Positions 56,573 to 64,000 of a stretch of 64,000 nucleotides of DNA are shown piece after piece. This stretch comes from a bacterium. Lineage in GTDB: Bacteria > Pseudomonadota > Alphaproteobacteria > Caulobacterales > Hyphomonadaceae. The position numbers and the translations under genes are program-made. The DNA is taken from the NCBI GenBank assembly GCA_016125045.1, contig WGML01000009.1, positions 117,206-181,205 of the forward strand, read 5' to 3'. Under the pieces are notes generated by a model that worked only from the letters and a program-made list of their open reading frames with translations, was not told the origin of the DNA and did not search any database. How positions within the stretch are numbered: position 1 is the first letter of the stretch; every line of letters starts with the position of its first letter.

Positions 56573-58081
56573 ATGACCGGCTTCCACAAAACCTGCCTCC
56601 TGCGATCGACAACCGCCGCCCTCGCCCTCGCCATGATCGCGGGCGCGTCCGCGGGTGCGGCTTCGGCCGCCCCCTCCTGCGACGCCCTCGTCGGCTTGAA
56701 GATGCCGGACGCACGGATCACCAGCGCGGTGGAAGCCGCCACGCCCGTGGCGCACTGCAAGGTGACGGGCGTCATCGGCAAGGAGACCAATTTCGCGGTC
56801 TGGCTGCCGAAGGACTGGAACGGCAAATTCGTGATGGGCGGCCAGGGCGGGTTCGCCGGCTCGGTCGAGAACCAGGCGATGGCGGCGGGCGCGCTCCAGA
56901 AAGGCTACGCCACGGCCGGCACCGACACGGGCCACAGCGCCGCGGGGTCGGACGGATCTTGGGCGCTCGGCGAGATGGAGCGCATCGTCAACTATGGCCA
57001 CGCCGCAATCCACCGCGTCACCGAAGTTTCCAAATTCGTGATCGCCAACCACTATGAAAAGCCAGCCGACCGCTCCTACTTCGTCGGATGCTCCAATGGC
57101 GGTCGCCAGGCTCTCCAATCGGCGCAGCGCTATCCCGATGACTTTGACGGCATTGTCGCGGGGGCCCCGGCGCTCGATTTCGTCGGCGTCGCCTCGGCCT
57201 TCATTCAGGTGACCACCGCCACCTATCCCGACGCAGCCAATCTCGACCAGCCGGCGATCAACCTCGCCGATCGCAAGGCCATCGCGGCCGCTGCTCTCGC
57301 CAAATGCGACGGCGATGACGGACTGAAGGACGGGATCATCGTCGACCCGCCATCGTGCAAATTCGATCCGGCCGAACTCGCCTGCAAGGGAGCGAACGCC
57401 GACGGCTGCCTGTCACCGGCTGAGCTCAAGGTCGCCCGCGCGGTGCTCGGCGGCGTCAGTGTGGGCGGCAAGCTCCTCCAGCCGGGCTACGCGCTTGGAT
57501 CGGAAGACAAGCCCGGCGGATGGGACCTTTGGCTCGTCGGCCGCAAGGACGGCATTTCCAGGGGCGTCCCCAGTCTCGCCTACAGCTTCGGCGTCGGACT
57601 GATGCGCTATTTCGTCAAGCAGGATCCGAACTGGGTCCCGCAAGGCTACGACCCGGCGAATTTCGAGAAGGATTTCGGACTGATCGACAAGACGCTGAGC
57701 GCTAAGAACCCTGACCTTTCGGCGTTCCGCAGCCGCGGCGGCAAGCTGTTGATGTACCACGGCTGGTCGGACGCGGCGCTGACCCCCAACATGTCGACGC
57801 GCTACATCAGCCGCGTCTACGATTTCGACCAGACCGCGCGCAATGACGTCCGACTGTTCATGCTGCCGGGCGTGCTGCACTGCGCAGGCGGGCCGGGCCC
57901 GGATCGCGTCGACGTGATCGACGCCATCGACGCCTGGGTCGCGGGCGGCCCCGCGCCGGATTCGCTCAATGCCGGATTTGCGACCGGAGGCGGCGGGCGC
58001 AAGGTTTGTCCCTACCCGCAGAAAGCCGTGTTCAAGGGCCAGGGCGACGGCCGCAGCCCGGACCAGTTCGAGTGCCGCTGA
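56573..58081 (+). CDS. Tannase/feruloyl esterase family alpha/beta hydrolase, secreted
   Basis: Signal peptide. GCSNGGRQALQSAQRYPDDFDGIVAGAPALDF contains the nucleophile elbow. Multiple conserved Cys residues. Confidence 0.85.
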   Translation: MTGFHKTCLLRSTTAALALAMIAGASAGAASAAPSCDALVGLKMPDARITSAVEAATPVAHCKVTGVIGKETNFAVWLPKDWNGKFVMGGQGGFAGSVENQAMAAGALQKGYATAGTDTGHSAAGSDGSWALGEMERIVNYGHAAIHRVTEVSKFVIANHYEKPADRSYFVGCSNGGRQALQSAQRYPDDFDGIVAGAPALDFVGVASAFIQVTTATYPDAANLDQPAINLADRKAIAAAALAKCDGDDGLKDGIIVDPPSCKFDPAELACKGANADGCLSPAELKVARAVLGGVSVGGKLLQPGYALGSEDKPGGWDLWLVGRKDGISRGVPSLAYSFGVGLMRYFVKQDPNWVPQGYDPANFEKDFGLIDKTLSAKNPDLSAFRSRGGKLLMYHGWSDAALTPNMSTRYISRVYDFDQTARNDVRLFMLPGVLHCAGGPGPDRVDVIDAIDAWVAGGPAPDSLNAGFATGGGGRKVCPYPQKAVFKGQGDGRSPDQFECR

Positions 58082-58121
58082 GTTGATGCTGTAACCGGCG
58101 ATTGCTCCGGGGTGCGGACGA

Positions 58122-58574
58122 TCAGTCCGCGCGACGAAGGACGCCTGAAGCCACGACCGGAACGAGCCAGCCCAGGATGAAGGCTGTATTGGCGATCGCG
58201 TTGAACGGCGCGCTGAGTGCGACCGATAACGTGCTGTCGATCACATACCACGTCAGCAAGGCGATCGTGATTCCGCGCCAGACCGTCGCTCCGATCCGTC
58301 TATCCTCGCGAATGATGACAGAGATCGTCATCGCCCAGCCCACCATGACCGCGCCCAGAACCGCGACGGTCAAGCGGTCCGATCTCGCTTCAATTCGGGC
58401 GCTTCCATCATTCGGCCAGAGAGCAAGGTCGTAATAGAGCCGCGCACCTGCGTCGGTCTCCGGGAAGGCGCCCGCCGCCAGGACGAGGCCCAACAGAGCC
58501 ACCGAACCGCACCATATGTTCAGCCATGTTTTCCAGAAGCGGGACAAGGTCTCCCTCCCAGTTCGCGTCCGCAT
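58122..58574 (-). CDS. Small integral membrane protein (4 TM)
   Basis: The ATG at 58574 gives 150 aa. Hydrophobic helices. Divergent from the MmyB-like regulator gene. Confidence 0.55.
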   Translation of the reverse strand: MRTRTGRETLSRFWKTWLNIWCGSVALLGLVLAAGAFPETDAGARLYYDLALWPNDGSARIEARSDRLTVAVLGAVMVGWAMTISVIIREDRRIGATVWRGITIALLTWYVIDSTLSVALSAPFNAIANTAFILGWLVPVVASGVLRRAD

Positions 58575-58689
58575 CAACACTGCTTTTGATCGATCCGGAT
58601 AGCGCTCACAATTACGCTGCTGGTAATGGAATTTACCCGGCTTCCCGGCGAACCTGCACCGCGGACGACGCAGAGGGGACACGGCTGAG

Positions 58690-59463
58690 ATGAACGAGAC
58701 AGCGACCTTTGCCGACGCCCTGCGCGTCTGGCGGACCAACCGCCGGATGAGCCAGCTTGAACTGTCGCTGACGAGCGAAGTGTCGTCGCGGCACCTGTCA
58801 TTTCTCGAAACCGGCCGCGCGAGGCCGAGCCGCGATATGGTGCTGCGGATCTGCGACGCCCTGCTCATCCCGCGCGCCGCCCGGAACGAACTCCTTCGCG
58901 CGGCGGGGTTCGCGCCGATCTTCCCGGCGACCCCGCTCGACTCCGAAGTCATGGCCCCCTTCCGCCGCGTGGTCGACGACATGATCCGCCGGCACGCGCC
59001 CTACCCCGCCATGCTCACCGACCGGTGCTGGAACCTCATCGACGCCAATCCCGCCGGCCGGCTGCTGCTTTCGCCCTTCGGCGACGGCGCCATCAATCTC
59101 GTCCGGGAGCTTGCCTGCAATCCGATCGCGCGCGACCTCATCTGCAACTGGTCGGAGACAGTCGCCGAGATGGCGTCACGCATCCGGCTGGAGGTGCTCG
59201 AAGCCGGCGACGACCCTGCGCTCATGGCGCTGCTGCGCCACCTGGAGCAAGCCCTCGACAGGACGGATCGTCCCCGACACGCGCCGCTGCGGCGGCCGGT
59301 CGCCCCGCTCGAGATCAATGCGGGTGGGCGCGTGCTCGCCTTCCTGTCGACGATCGTGCATTTCGGGACCAGCGAAGACGTCACCGTGCGCGATCTTCGT
59401 CTTGAGCTTCTCTTTCCCGCCGACGAGGCCACCCGCCTCGCCCTCATCGAAAGCGCTTCCTGA
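58690..59463 (+). CDS. MmyB-like (XRE HTH + C-terminal ligand-binding domain) transcriptional regulator
   Basis: FADALRVWRTNRRMSQLELSLTSEVSSRHLSFLETGRARPSRDMVLRICDAL... followed by a ~170-aa C-terminal domain. Confidence 0.8.
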   Translation: MNETATFADALRVWRTNRRMSQLELSLTSEVSSRHLSFLETGRARPSRDMVLRICDALLIPRAARNELLRAAGFAPIFPATPLDSEVMAPFRRVVDDMIRRHAPYPAMLTDRCWNLIDANPAGRLLLSPFGDGAINLVRELACNPIARDLICNWSETVAEMASRIRLEVLEAGDDPALMALLRHLEQALDRTDRPRHAPLRRPVAPLEINAGGRVLAFLSTIVHFGTSEDVTVRDLRLELLFPADEATRLALIESAS

Positions 59464-59561
59464 CCCGGCTTCACGCGGCCTGCGCTGGTCTTTCACGCCC
59501 GAACCGCTAGCGTGGAGGCATCAACGCGCAAACCCGGCCGGGCCGGGCTCGGAGGAGCATC

Positions 59562-60350
59562 ATGAAGAACCTGTTTTCACTGGAAGGCCGCACAGCGCTC
59601 GTGACCGGAGGCTCCCGCGGGATCGGCGAGATGATCGCCCGCGGCTTCATCGAGTACGGCGCGAAGGTCTACATCTCCTCCCGAAAGGCGGGCGTCTGCG
59701 AGGAAGTCGCGGCGGAGCTGTCAAAGCGGGGTGAGTGCATCGCCGTCCCAATGGACATCTCCACGGTCGACGGCTGCCGGGCGCTCGCCGCCGAAATCGA
59801 GAAGAGGGAGCCGAAACTCGATATCCTCGTCAACAACGCCGGCGCGGCCTGGGCGGCCGACTTTCTGGAATTCCCGGAAAGCGGCTGGGACAAGGTGATG
59901 AACCTCAACGTCAAGTCGCCCTTCTTCCTCACCCAGTCGCTGCACGGCGCCTTGAAGCGAGCAGCCTCGTTCGAGCGGCCGTCGAAGGTCATCAACATCT
60001 GCTCGATCGACGGCATCAAGCTCAACCCGCTCGAAACCTACTCCTACCACGCGTCCAAATCGTCGCTGATCTACTTGACGCGGCGCATGGCGGCCCGGCT
60101 GGTCCAGGATGCAATCGTCATGACCGGCATCGCTCCCGGTCCGTTCGCGTCGGAAATGAACCGCGCCGCGAGGGATCTGCCGGACGTCGTCGCCTCCCAC
60201 ACGCCGCTGCGCCGCATCGGCACGGATGAAGATATGGCCGGAACCGCGATCTTCCTCGCTTCGCGCGCCGGCGACTATGTGGTCGGCGACACGATCGCGG
60301 TGGATGGCGGGATCGCCTATGCGAGCGTGCCAGGTCGCGGCCCCTCCTGA
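59562..60350 (+). CDS. SDR family oxidoreductase
   Basis: Contains TGGSRGIG, NNAG and YHASK (the catalytic YxxxK). Confidence 0.9.
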   Translation: MKNLFSLEGRTALVTGGSRGIGEMIARGFIEYGAKVYISSRKAGVCEEVAAELSKRGECIAVPMDISTVDGCRALAAEIEKREPKLDILVNNAGAAWAADFLEFPESGWDKVMNLNVKSPFFLTQSLHGALKRAASFERPSKVINICSIDGIKLNPLETYSYHASKSSLIYLTRRMAARLVQDAIVMTGIAPGPFASEMNRAARDLPDVVASHTPLRRIGTDEDMAGTAIFLASRAGDYVVGDTIAVDGGIAYASVPGRGPS

Positions 60351-60378
60351 GCCACACTCGCGGCCGGTGTTCGATCGT

Positions 60379-60906
60379 TCATAGGGCGACCGAGCGCGGC
60401 CGCTTTGCGCGGGGGGCCGCGCGCGCCGCGCCTCTTGCGTCCTGCGCGGCGTCATCCTGGCCTTCGGCGCCGCGCGCGGGCGAGACGCGGATGTCCACGC
60501 GCCGCGATTGCGGCCCGCCAAAGCCCGTCGCCGGACGGACGTCGAGCACGATCCCGGTTTGATCTCCGCCGGGCGCGATCAGCGTCTGCGCGACCAGATG
60601 CACGCGCGCCAGCGCCCGGGCGAGCCCGCCATCATCCCGCGCCGGATCGAATTCCGTCGCAAGCTCCACCCGCCGAACGGCGCAACTCGATACAGCCGCG
60701 CCCAGCCGCGCCAGCACCGCCTCGGCCTCGGGCGACAGCGCGTCGATGTCCGTGGGAAAATAGATCGCCGCCGCAAGCGGGCCGCACGCGACCGTCTGCT
60801 GGTCGGCCGGAACGATCTCAACCGGCTGGACCGTCTGTCCGGCCGCGATCGGACTGACGCAGATTCCGCTCCCCAGCCCGAGCGCAGCGATCCAGACGTA
60901 GCGCAT
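60379..60906 (-). CDS. Secreted protein with a degenerate OmpA-like C-terminal domain
   Basis: Signal peptide MRYVWIAALGLGSGICVSPIAAGQ. Motif IYFPTDIDALSPEAEAVLARL...RRVDIRV. Confidence 0.5.
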   Translation of the reverse strand: MRYVWIAALGLGSGICVSPIAAGQTVQPVEIVPADQQTVACGPLAAAIYFPTDIDALSPEAEAVLARLGAAVSSCAVRRVELATEFDPARDDGGLARALARVHLVAQTLIAPGGDQTGIVLDVRPATGFGGPQSRRVDIRVSPARGAEGQDDAAQDARGAARAAPRAKRPRSVAL

Positions 60907-61076
60907 GCTTCCCTCGTCGCGCAGCCAACCGACGCTCGCAATGCATGTTCCGCGCCGATCAAGGCGGCGTGATCACATGCGCGCGGCGGCTTGACCTCGC
61001 CCTGCGTCCGCGCTCCCCTCCGCCGAGCGTGACGAAACTGGAACCCAGCCGCGGGCTGCAAGGGGAGCAACACAAG

Positions 61077-61955
61077 ATGTGCGACGAACACACCAACGAC
61101 GACAATGAGCAATTCCTCGCTCGGGTGGCGGGTCCGTCCCGAAGGGCGTTCGCGACGCTCCCGGCCGGGATCGCGATGGCGATGTTGATGGCGCGTCCCG
61201 CCAACGCCCAGGCCGTCACCGACGGCGATGTCATGGTGACCACGCCGGACGGCGAGGCGGACTGCTATTTCGTCCACCCCGCGACGGGCAAACACCCCGG
61301 CGTCCTTATCTGGCCGGACATCATGGGCCTTCGTCCCGCCTTCCGGCTGATGGCGAAACGTCTCGCGGAATCCGGGTACTCGGTGCTTGTGGTGAATCCG
61401 TATTACCGCACGGCCCGCTCTCCCGTGATCGCCGAGGGTGAGGGCTTCCAGCAACCGGCGGTTCGCGAACGCCTGATGCCGCTTGCCCGTTCGCTCTCCC
61501 CGCAAACCAACGAAACGGACGCCAAGGCGTTCATAGCCTTCCTCGACTCGCAGGCGTCGGTGGACACCGCACGCAAGATCGCGACCACCGGTTATTGCAT
61601 GGGCGGTCCGATGGTGATGCGCACGGCGGCCGCGGTTCCGGACCGGGTCGGCGCCGCCGGCTCCTTCCATGGCGGCGGACTCGCCACCGATGCGCCCAAC
61701 AGCCCTCACCTCCTGATCCCGAAGATGAAGGCGAGCTTCCTGATCGCCGTCGCTGCCAACGATGACGAGCGCAACCCGAAGGAAAAGGAGACCCTGCGCG
61801 AAAGCTTCAAGGCCGCCGGACTCACCGCCGAGATCGAGGTCTACGAGGGCGCGATGCATGGCTGGTGTCCGCCGGACTCCGCCGTCTACAACGAGGCGCA
61901 GGCGGAACGGGCGTGGGCGCGCATGCTCGCTCTCTTCCAGACCGCGCTCGCCTGA
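61077..61955 (+). CDS. Dienelactone hydrolase family protein, Tat-exported
   Basis: Tat-like signal SRRAFATLPAGIAMAMLMARPANA. Motifs GVLIWPDIMGLRP and GYCMGG (nucleophile), plus a C-terminal HGW. Confidence 0.85.
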   Translation: MCDEHTNDDNEQFLARVAGPSRRAFATLPAGIAMAMLMARPANAQAVTDGDVMVTTPDGEADCYFVHPATGKHPGVLIWPDIMGLRPAFRLMAKRLAESGYSVLVVNPYYRTARSPVIAEGEGFQQPAVRERLMPLARSLSPQTNETDAKAFIAFLDSQASVDTARKIATTGYCMGGPMVMRTAAAVPDRVGAAGSFHGGGLATDAPNSPHLLIPKMKASFLIAVAANDDERNPKEKETLRESFKAAGLTAEIEVYEGAMHGWCPPDSAVYNEAQAERAWARMLALFQTALA

Positions 61956-62046
61956 GCCTCGGCGGGCTTGTCGCACCGGACGCCGTGTCGACGCCGCACG
62001 CCCTTGGGGCTAGTGACGTTGCGGTCTAGCGCAAGGATCAGGCTTC

Positions 62047-63156
62047 ATGGCGACCACACGGGCGGAGTTCGGGGACGCGGATACTTCGACCGCCGCGCGC
62101 GGGGCGACGCGGCTGATCATCCGCCGGCCGGACGACTGGCATGTCCACCTGCGCGACGGGCCGATGCTCGCCGCCGTCGTTGGCGACACGGCGCGCCAGT
62201 TTGCACGCGCGATCGTCATGCCAAACCTTGCGCCGCCCGTAACGACCGTCGCCGCGGCCGCCGCCTATCGGGACCGCATCATCGCCGCCCTGCCGAACGG
62301 GGCGTCGTTCACACCGCTGATGACCGCCTACCTGACCGACGACGCGGACCCGGCTGAAATCCGGCGTGGCTTCGAGACGGGGGTGTTCACCGCCTGCAAG
62401 CTCTACCCCGCGCACGCCACCACCAACTCCGCGCACGGCGTCACGGACATCCGGCGCATCTATCCCGTGCTCGCCGAGATGCAGGAGATTGGCATGCCTC
62501 TGCTCCTGCATGGCGAGGTGACGGATCGCCATGTCGACATATTCGATCGGGAAGCCGTGTTCATCGACACCGTGCTGAGCCGGATCGTTGCTGACTTCCC
62601 GGCGCTGAAGATCGTGTTCGAACACATCACAACCGAAGAGGCGGCGCAGTTTGTTGCATCCGCGGGGCCGTCGATCGCAGCGACGATCACGCCGCATCAC
62701 CTCGTGATCAACCGCAACGCCCTGTTCGATGGCGGGATGAGGCCGCACGCCTACTGCCTACCCGTGGCGAAGCGCGAGCGGCACCGGCTGGCGCTCCGCA
62801 AGGCGGCGATCTCGGGCGACCCCCGATTTTTCCTCGGCACGGATTCGGCGCCTCATTCGCGGGGCGACAAGGAATCTGCGTGCGGCTGCGCCGGCATCTA
62901 CAATGCGCCCGTCGCGCTCGAATCCTATGCCGTCGTCTTCGAGGAGGAAGGCGCCCTCGACCGGCTGGAGGCCTTCGCGTCGGAGCATGGTCCCCGCTTC
63001 TACGGCCTTCCGCTCAACGCCGAATGCATCGCGCTCGATCGCTCGCCCTGGCGCGTTGAAGACGCCCTCCCGGCCGCAGGGACCGAGATCGTGCCCTTCC
63101 ACGCGGGCGCGACCCTGCCGTGGCGGTTCGCCGGAGTGTTAGCTGCCGACGCCTAG
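62047..63156 (+). CDS. pyrC: Dihydroorotase (homodimeric class II type)
   Basis: [35 protein letters not shown] and GTDSAPH. Confidence 0.92.
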   Translation: MATTRAEFGDADTSTAARGATRLIIRRPDDWHVHLRDGPMLAAVVGDTARQFARAIVMPNLAPPVTTVAAAAAYRDRIIAALPNGASFTPLMTAYLTDDADPAEIRRGFETGVFTACKLYPAHATTNSAHGVTDIRRIYPVLAEMQEIGMPLLLHGEVTDRHVDIFDREAVFIDTVLSRIVADFPALKIVFEHITTEEAAQFVASAGPSIAATITPHHLVINRNALFDGGMRPHAYCLPVAKRERHRLALRKAAISGDPRFFLGTDSAPHSRGDKESACGCAGIYNAPVALESYAVVFEEEGALDRLEAFASEHGPRFYGLPLNAECIALDRSPWRVEDALPAAGTEIVPFHAGATLPWRFAGVLAADA

Positions 63157-63273
63157 TCGCCGAACGATCGGGATGGTGGACCTGGGCGAAGAAACTTCGA
63201 ACCAAGTTCTGGAAACACTCGAAGAATGGAATCGCTTCCTCGAACAGAATAAACGACCAGTGGGGCCGACGCC

Positions 63274-63720
63274 ATGACGCCGGAACCCCAATCCCCCAAA
63301 TCGCTCCGTCTGGCCTTTGAAGACACGTTTCCCGCCGCCCGTGGCGGGGGCCGGAAGCGGACGCCGCCGTTCTCCCTGCGGCTCTCGCAAGCTGAGCGGG
63401 AGCAGCTGGAAAGGGAGGCGGGAGACCGCCCGCTGGGCGCCTACGTCAAAGAGAAGGTGTTCGGGGACAGCCCACCCGTCCGCAACCGGCGGACAGGGCT
63501 GTCGGTCGATGACAGGAAGGCGCTCGCCCAGGCTCTGGCCCTGCTGGGGCAGAGCCGGATAGCGAGCAACCTCAACCAGCTTGCAAAGGCGGTGAACATG
63601 GGGGCGTTGCCGCTCTCCCCTCACGCGAAAGAGGAACTGCGGGAGTGTTGCGCCGTCATTCGAGAAATCCGGGGCTTGCTAATGCGTGCCATGGGCCTCC
63701 AGACGGGAGGTTCACCATGA
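63274..63720 (+). CDS. mobC: MobC-type relaxosome accessory protein
   Basis: FSLRLSQAEREQLEREAG ... LGQSRIASNLNQLAKAVN matches the mobilisation protein C pattern. Its stop overlaps the relaxase start (ATGA). Confidence 0.8.
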   Translation: MTPEPQSPKSLRLAFEDTFPAARGGGRKRTPPFSLRLSQAEREQLEREAGDRPLGAYVKEKVFGDSPPVRNRRTGLSVDDRKALAQALALLGQSRIASNLNQLAKAVNMGALPLSPHAKEELRECCAVIREIRGLLMRAMGLQTGGSP

Positions 63721-64000
63721 TCCTCAAAGCCTCCCAGCGCAGCGGCGGGCAGGATCTCGCCGCGCACCTGATGCGAATGGACGAGAACGAGCACGTTGAG
63801 CTTCACGAAATGCGTGGTTTCGTAGCGGCCGAACTCGCGGGCGCATTCCGCGAAGCCTACGCGATCAGCCGCGCCACGAAATGCCGTCAGTATCTTTTTT
63901 CCTTGAGCCTCAATCCGCCTGAACGCGAAGCCGTCCCGGTCGCCGTGTTTGAAGGCGCCATCGCGCGCGTTGAAAAGAAGCTGGGGCTCGAAGGCCAGCC
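63717..64000 (+). CDS. Relaxase/mobilisation nuclease (MobA/VirD2 family), N-terminal fragment that runs off the window
   Basis: My translation is MILKASQRSGGQDLAAHLMRMDENEHVELHEMRGF...YLFSLSLNPP..., a typical relaxase N-terminus. Confidence 0.8.
   Translation, partial: MILKASQRSGGQDLAAHLMRMDENEHVELHEMRGFVAAELAGAFREAYAISRATKCRQYLFSLSLNPPEREAVPVAVFEGAIARVEKKLGLEGQ

Larger units (their letters stand above)
63157..64000 (+). mobile_element. Left edge of a mobilisable/integrative element (candidate oriT region plus mobC-relaxase)
   Basis: The 63157-63273 spacer is visibly less GC-rich than its surroundings. It contains the short inverted repeats cgaag-aaa-cttcg and gaac-caa-gttc. A relaxosome gene pair follows. 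Confidence 0.55.

Overview
This is a high-GC chromosomal segment. Its gene content, Tat and lipoprotein signals, and intergenic palindromic repeats look alphaproteobacterial, but I cannot name the organism. I support about 65 protein-coding genes. I saw no rRNA, tRNA or CRISPR array. Most long ORFs lying antisense to these genes are high-GC artefacts.

Gene content, in order:
- **Envelope genes:** a GT2 glycosyltransferase, an outer-membrane beta-barrel protein and several lipoproteins.
- **GNAT/nitrilase fusion:** translationally coupled to an MFS transporter.
- **Acyl-CoA metabolism:** four acyl-CoA dehydrogenases, a thiolase and EtfBA.
- **Periplasmic hydrolases:** an M20 peptidase, two amidohydrolases, a tannase-like esterase and a dienelactone hydrolase.
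- **Other recognisable genes:** a membrane PQQ dehydrogenase, uvrB, pyrC, ltaE, a TonB-dependent receptor and a GGDEF-EAL protein.
- **Window end:** a MobC/relaxase module that starts a mobile element.

Items most worth follow-up:
1. Four paralogues of a secreted ~350-aa protein family that I cannot assign to any known domain lie at 6.9-15.7 kb, interleaved with beta-oxidation genes.
2. A MacAB/DevBCA-type exporter locus at 30.4-36.9 kb has its adaptor gene separated from its ATPase and permease genes. The intervening genes are an amidoligase (glutamine-synthetase-like fold) and a single-pass TIR-TM-periplasmic-domain protein.
3. Two families of structured intergenic repeats bracket those genes. 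One family shows compensatory base changes in its hairpin.
4. A 35%-GC island carries an FNR/FixK-like box upstream of a HIG1-type hypoxia protein. A 42-aa secreted-peptide ORF that the ORF track missed diverges from it.
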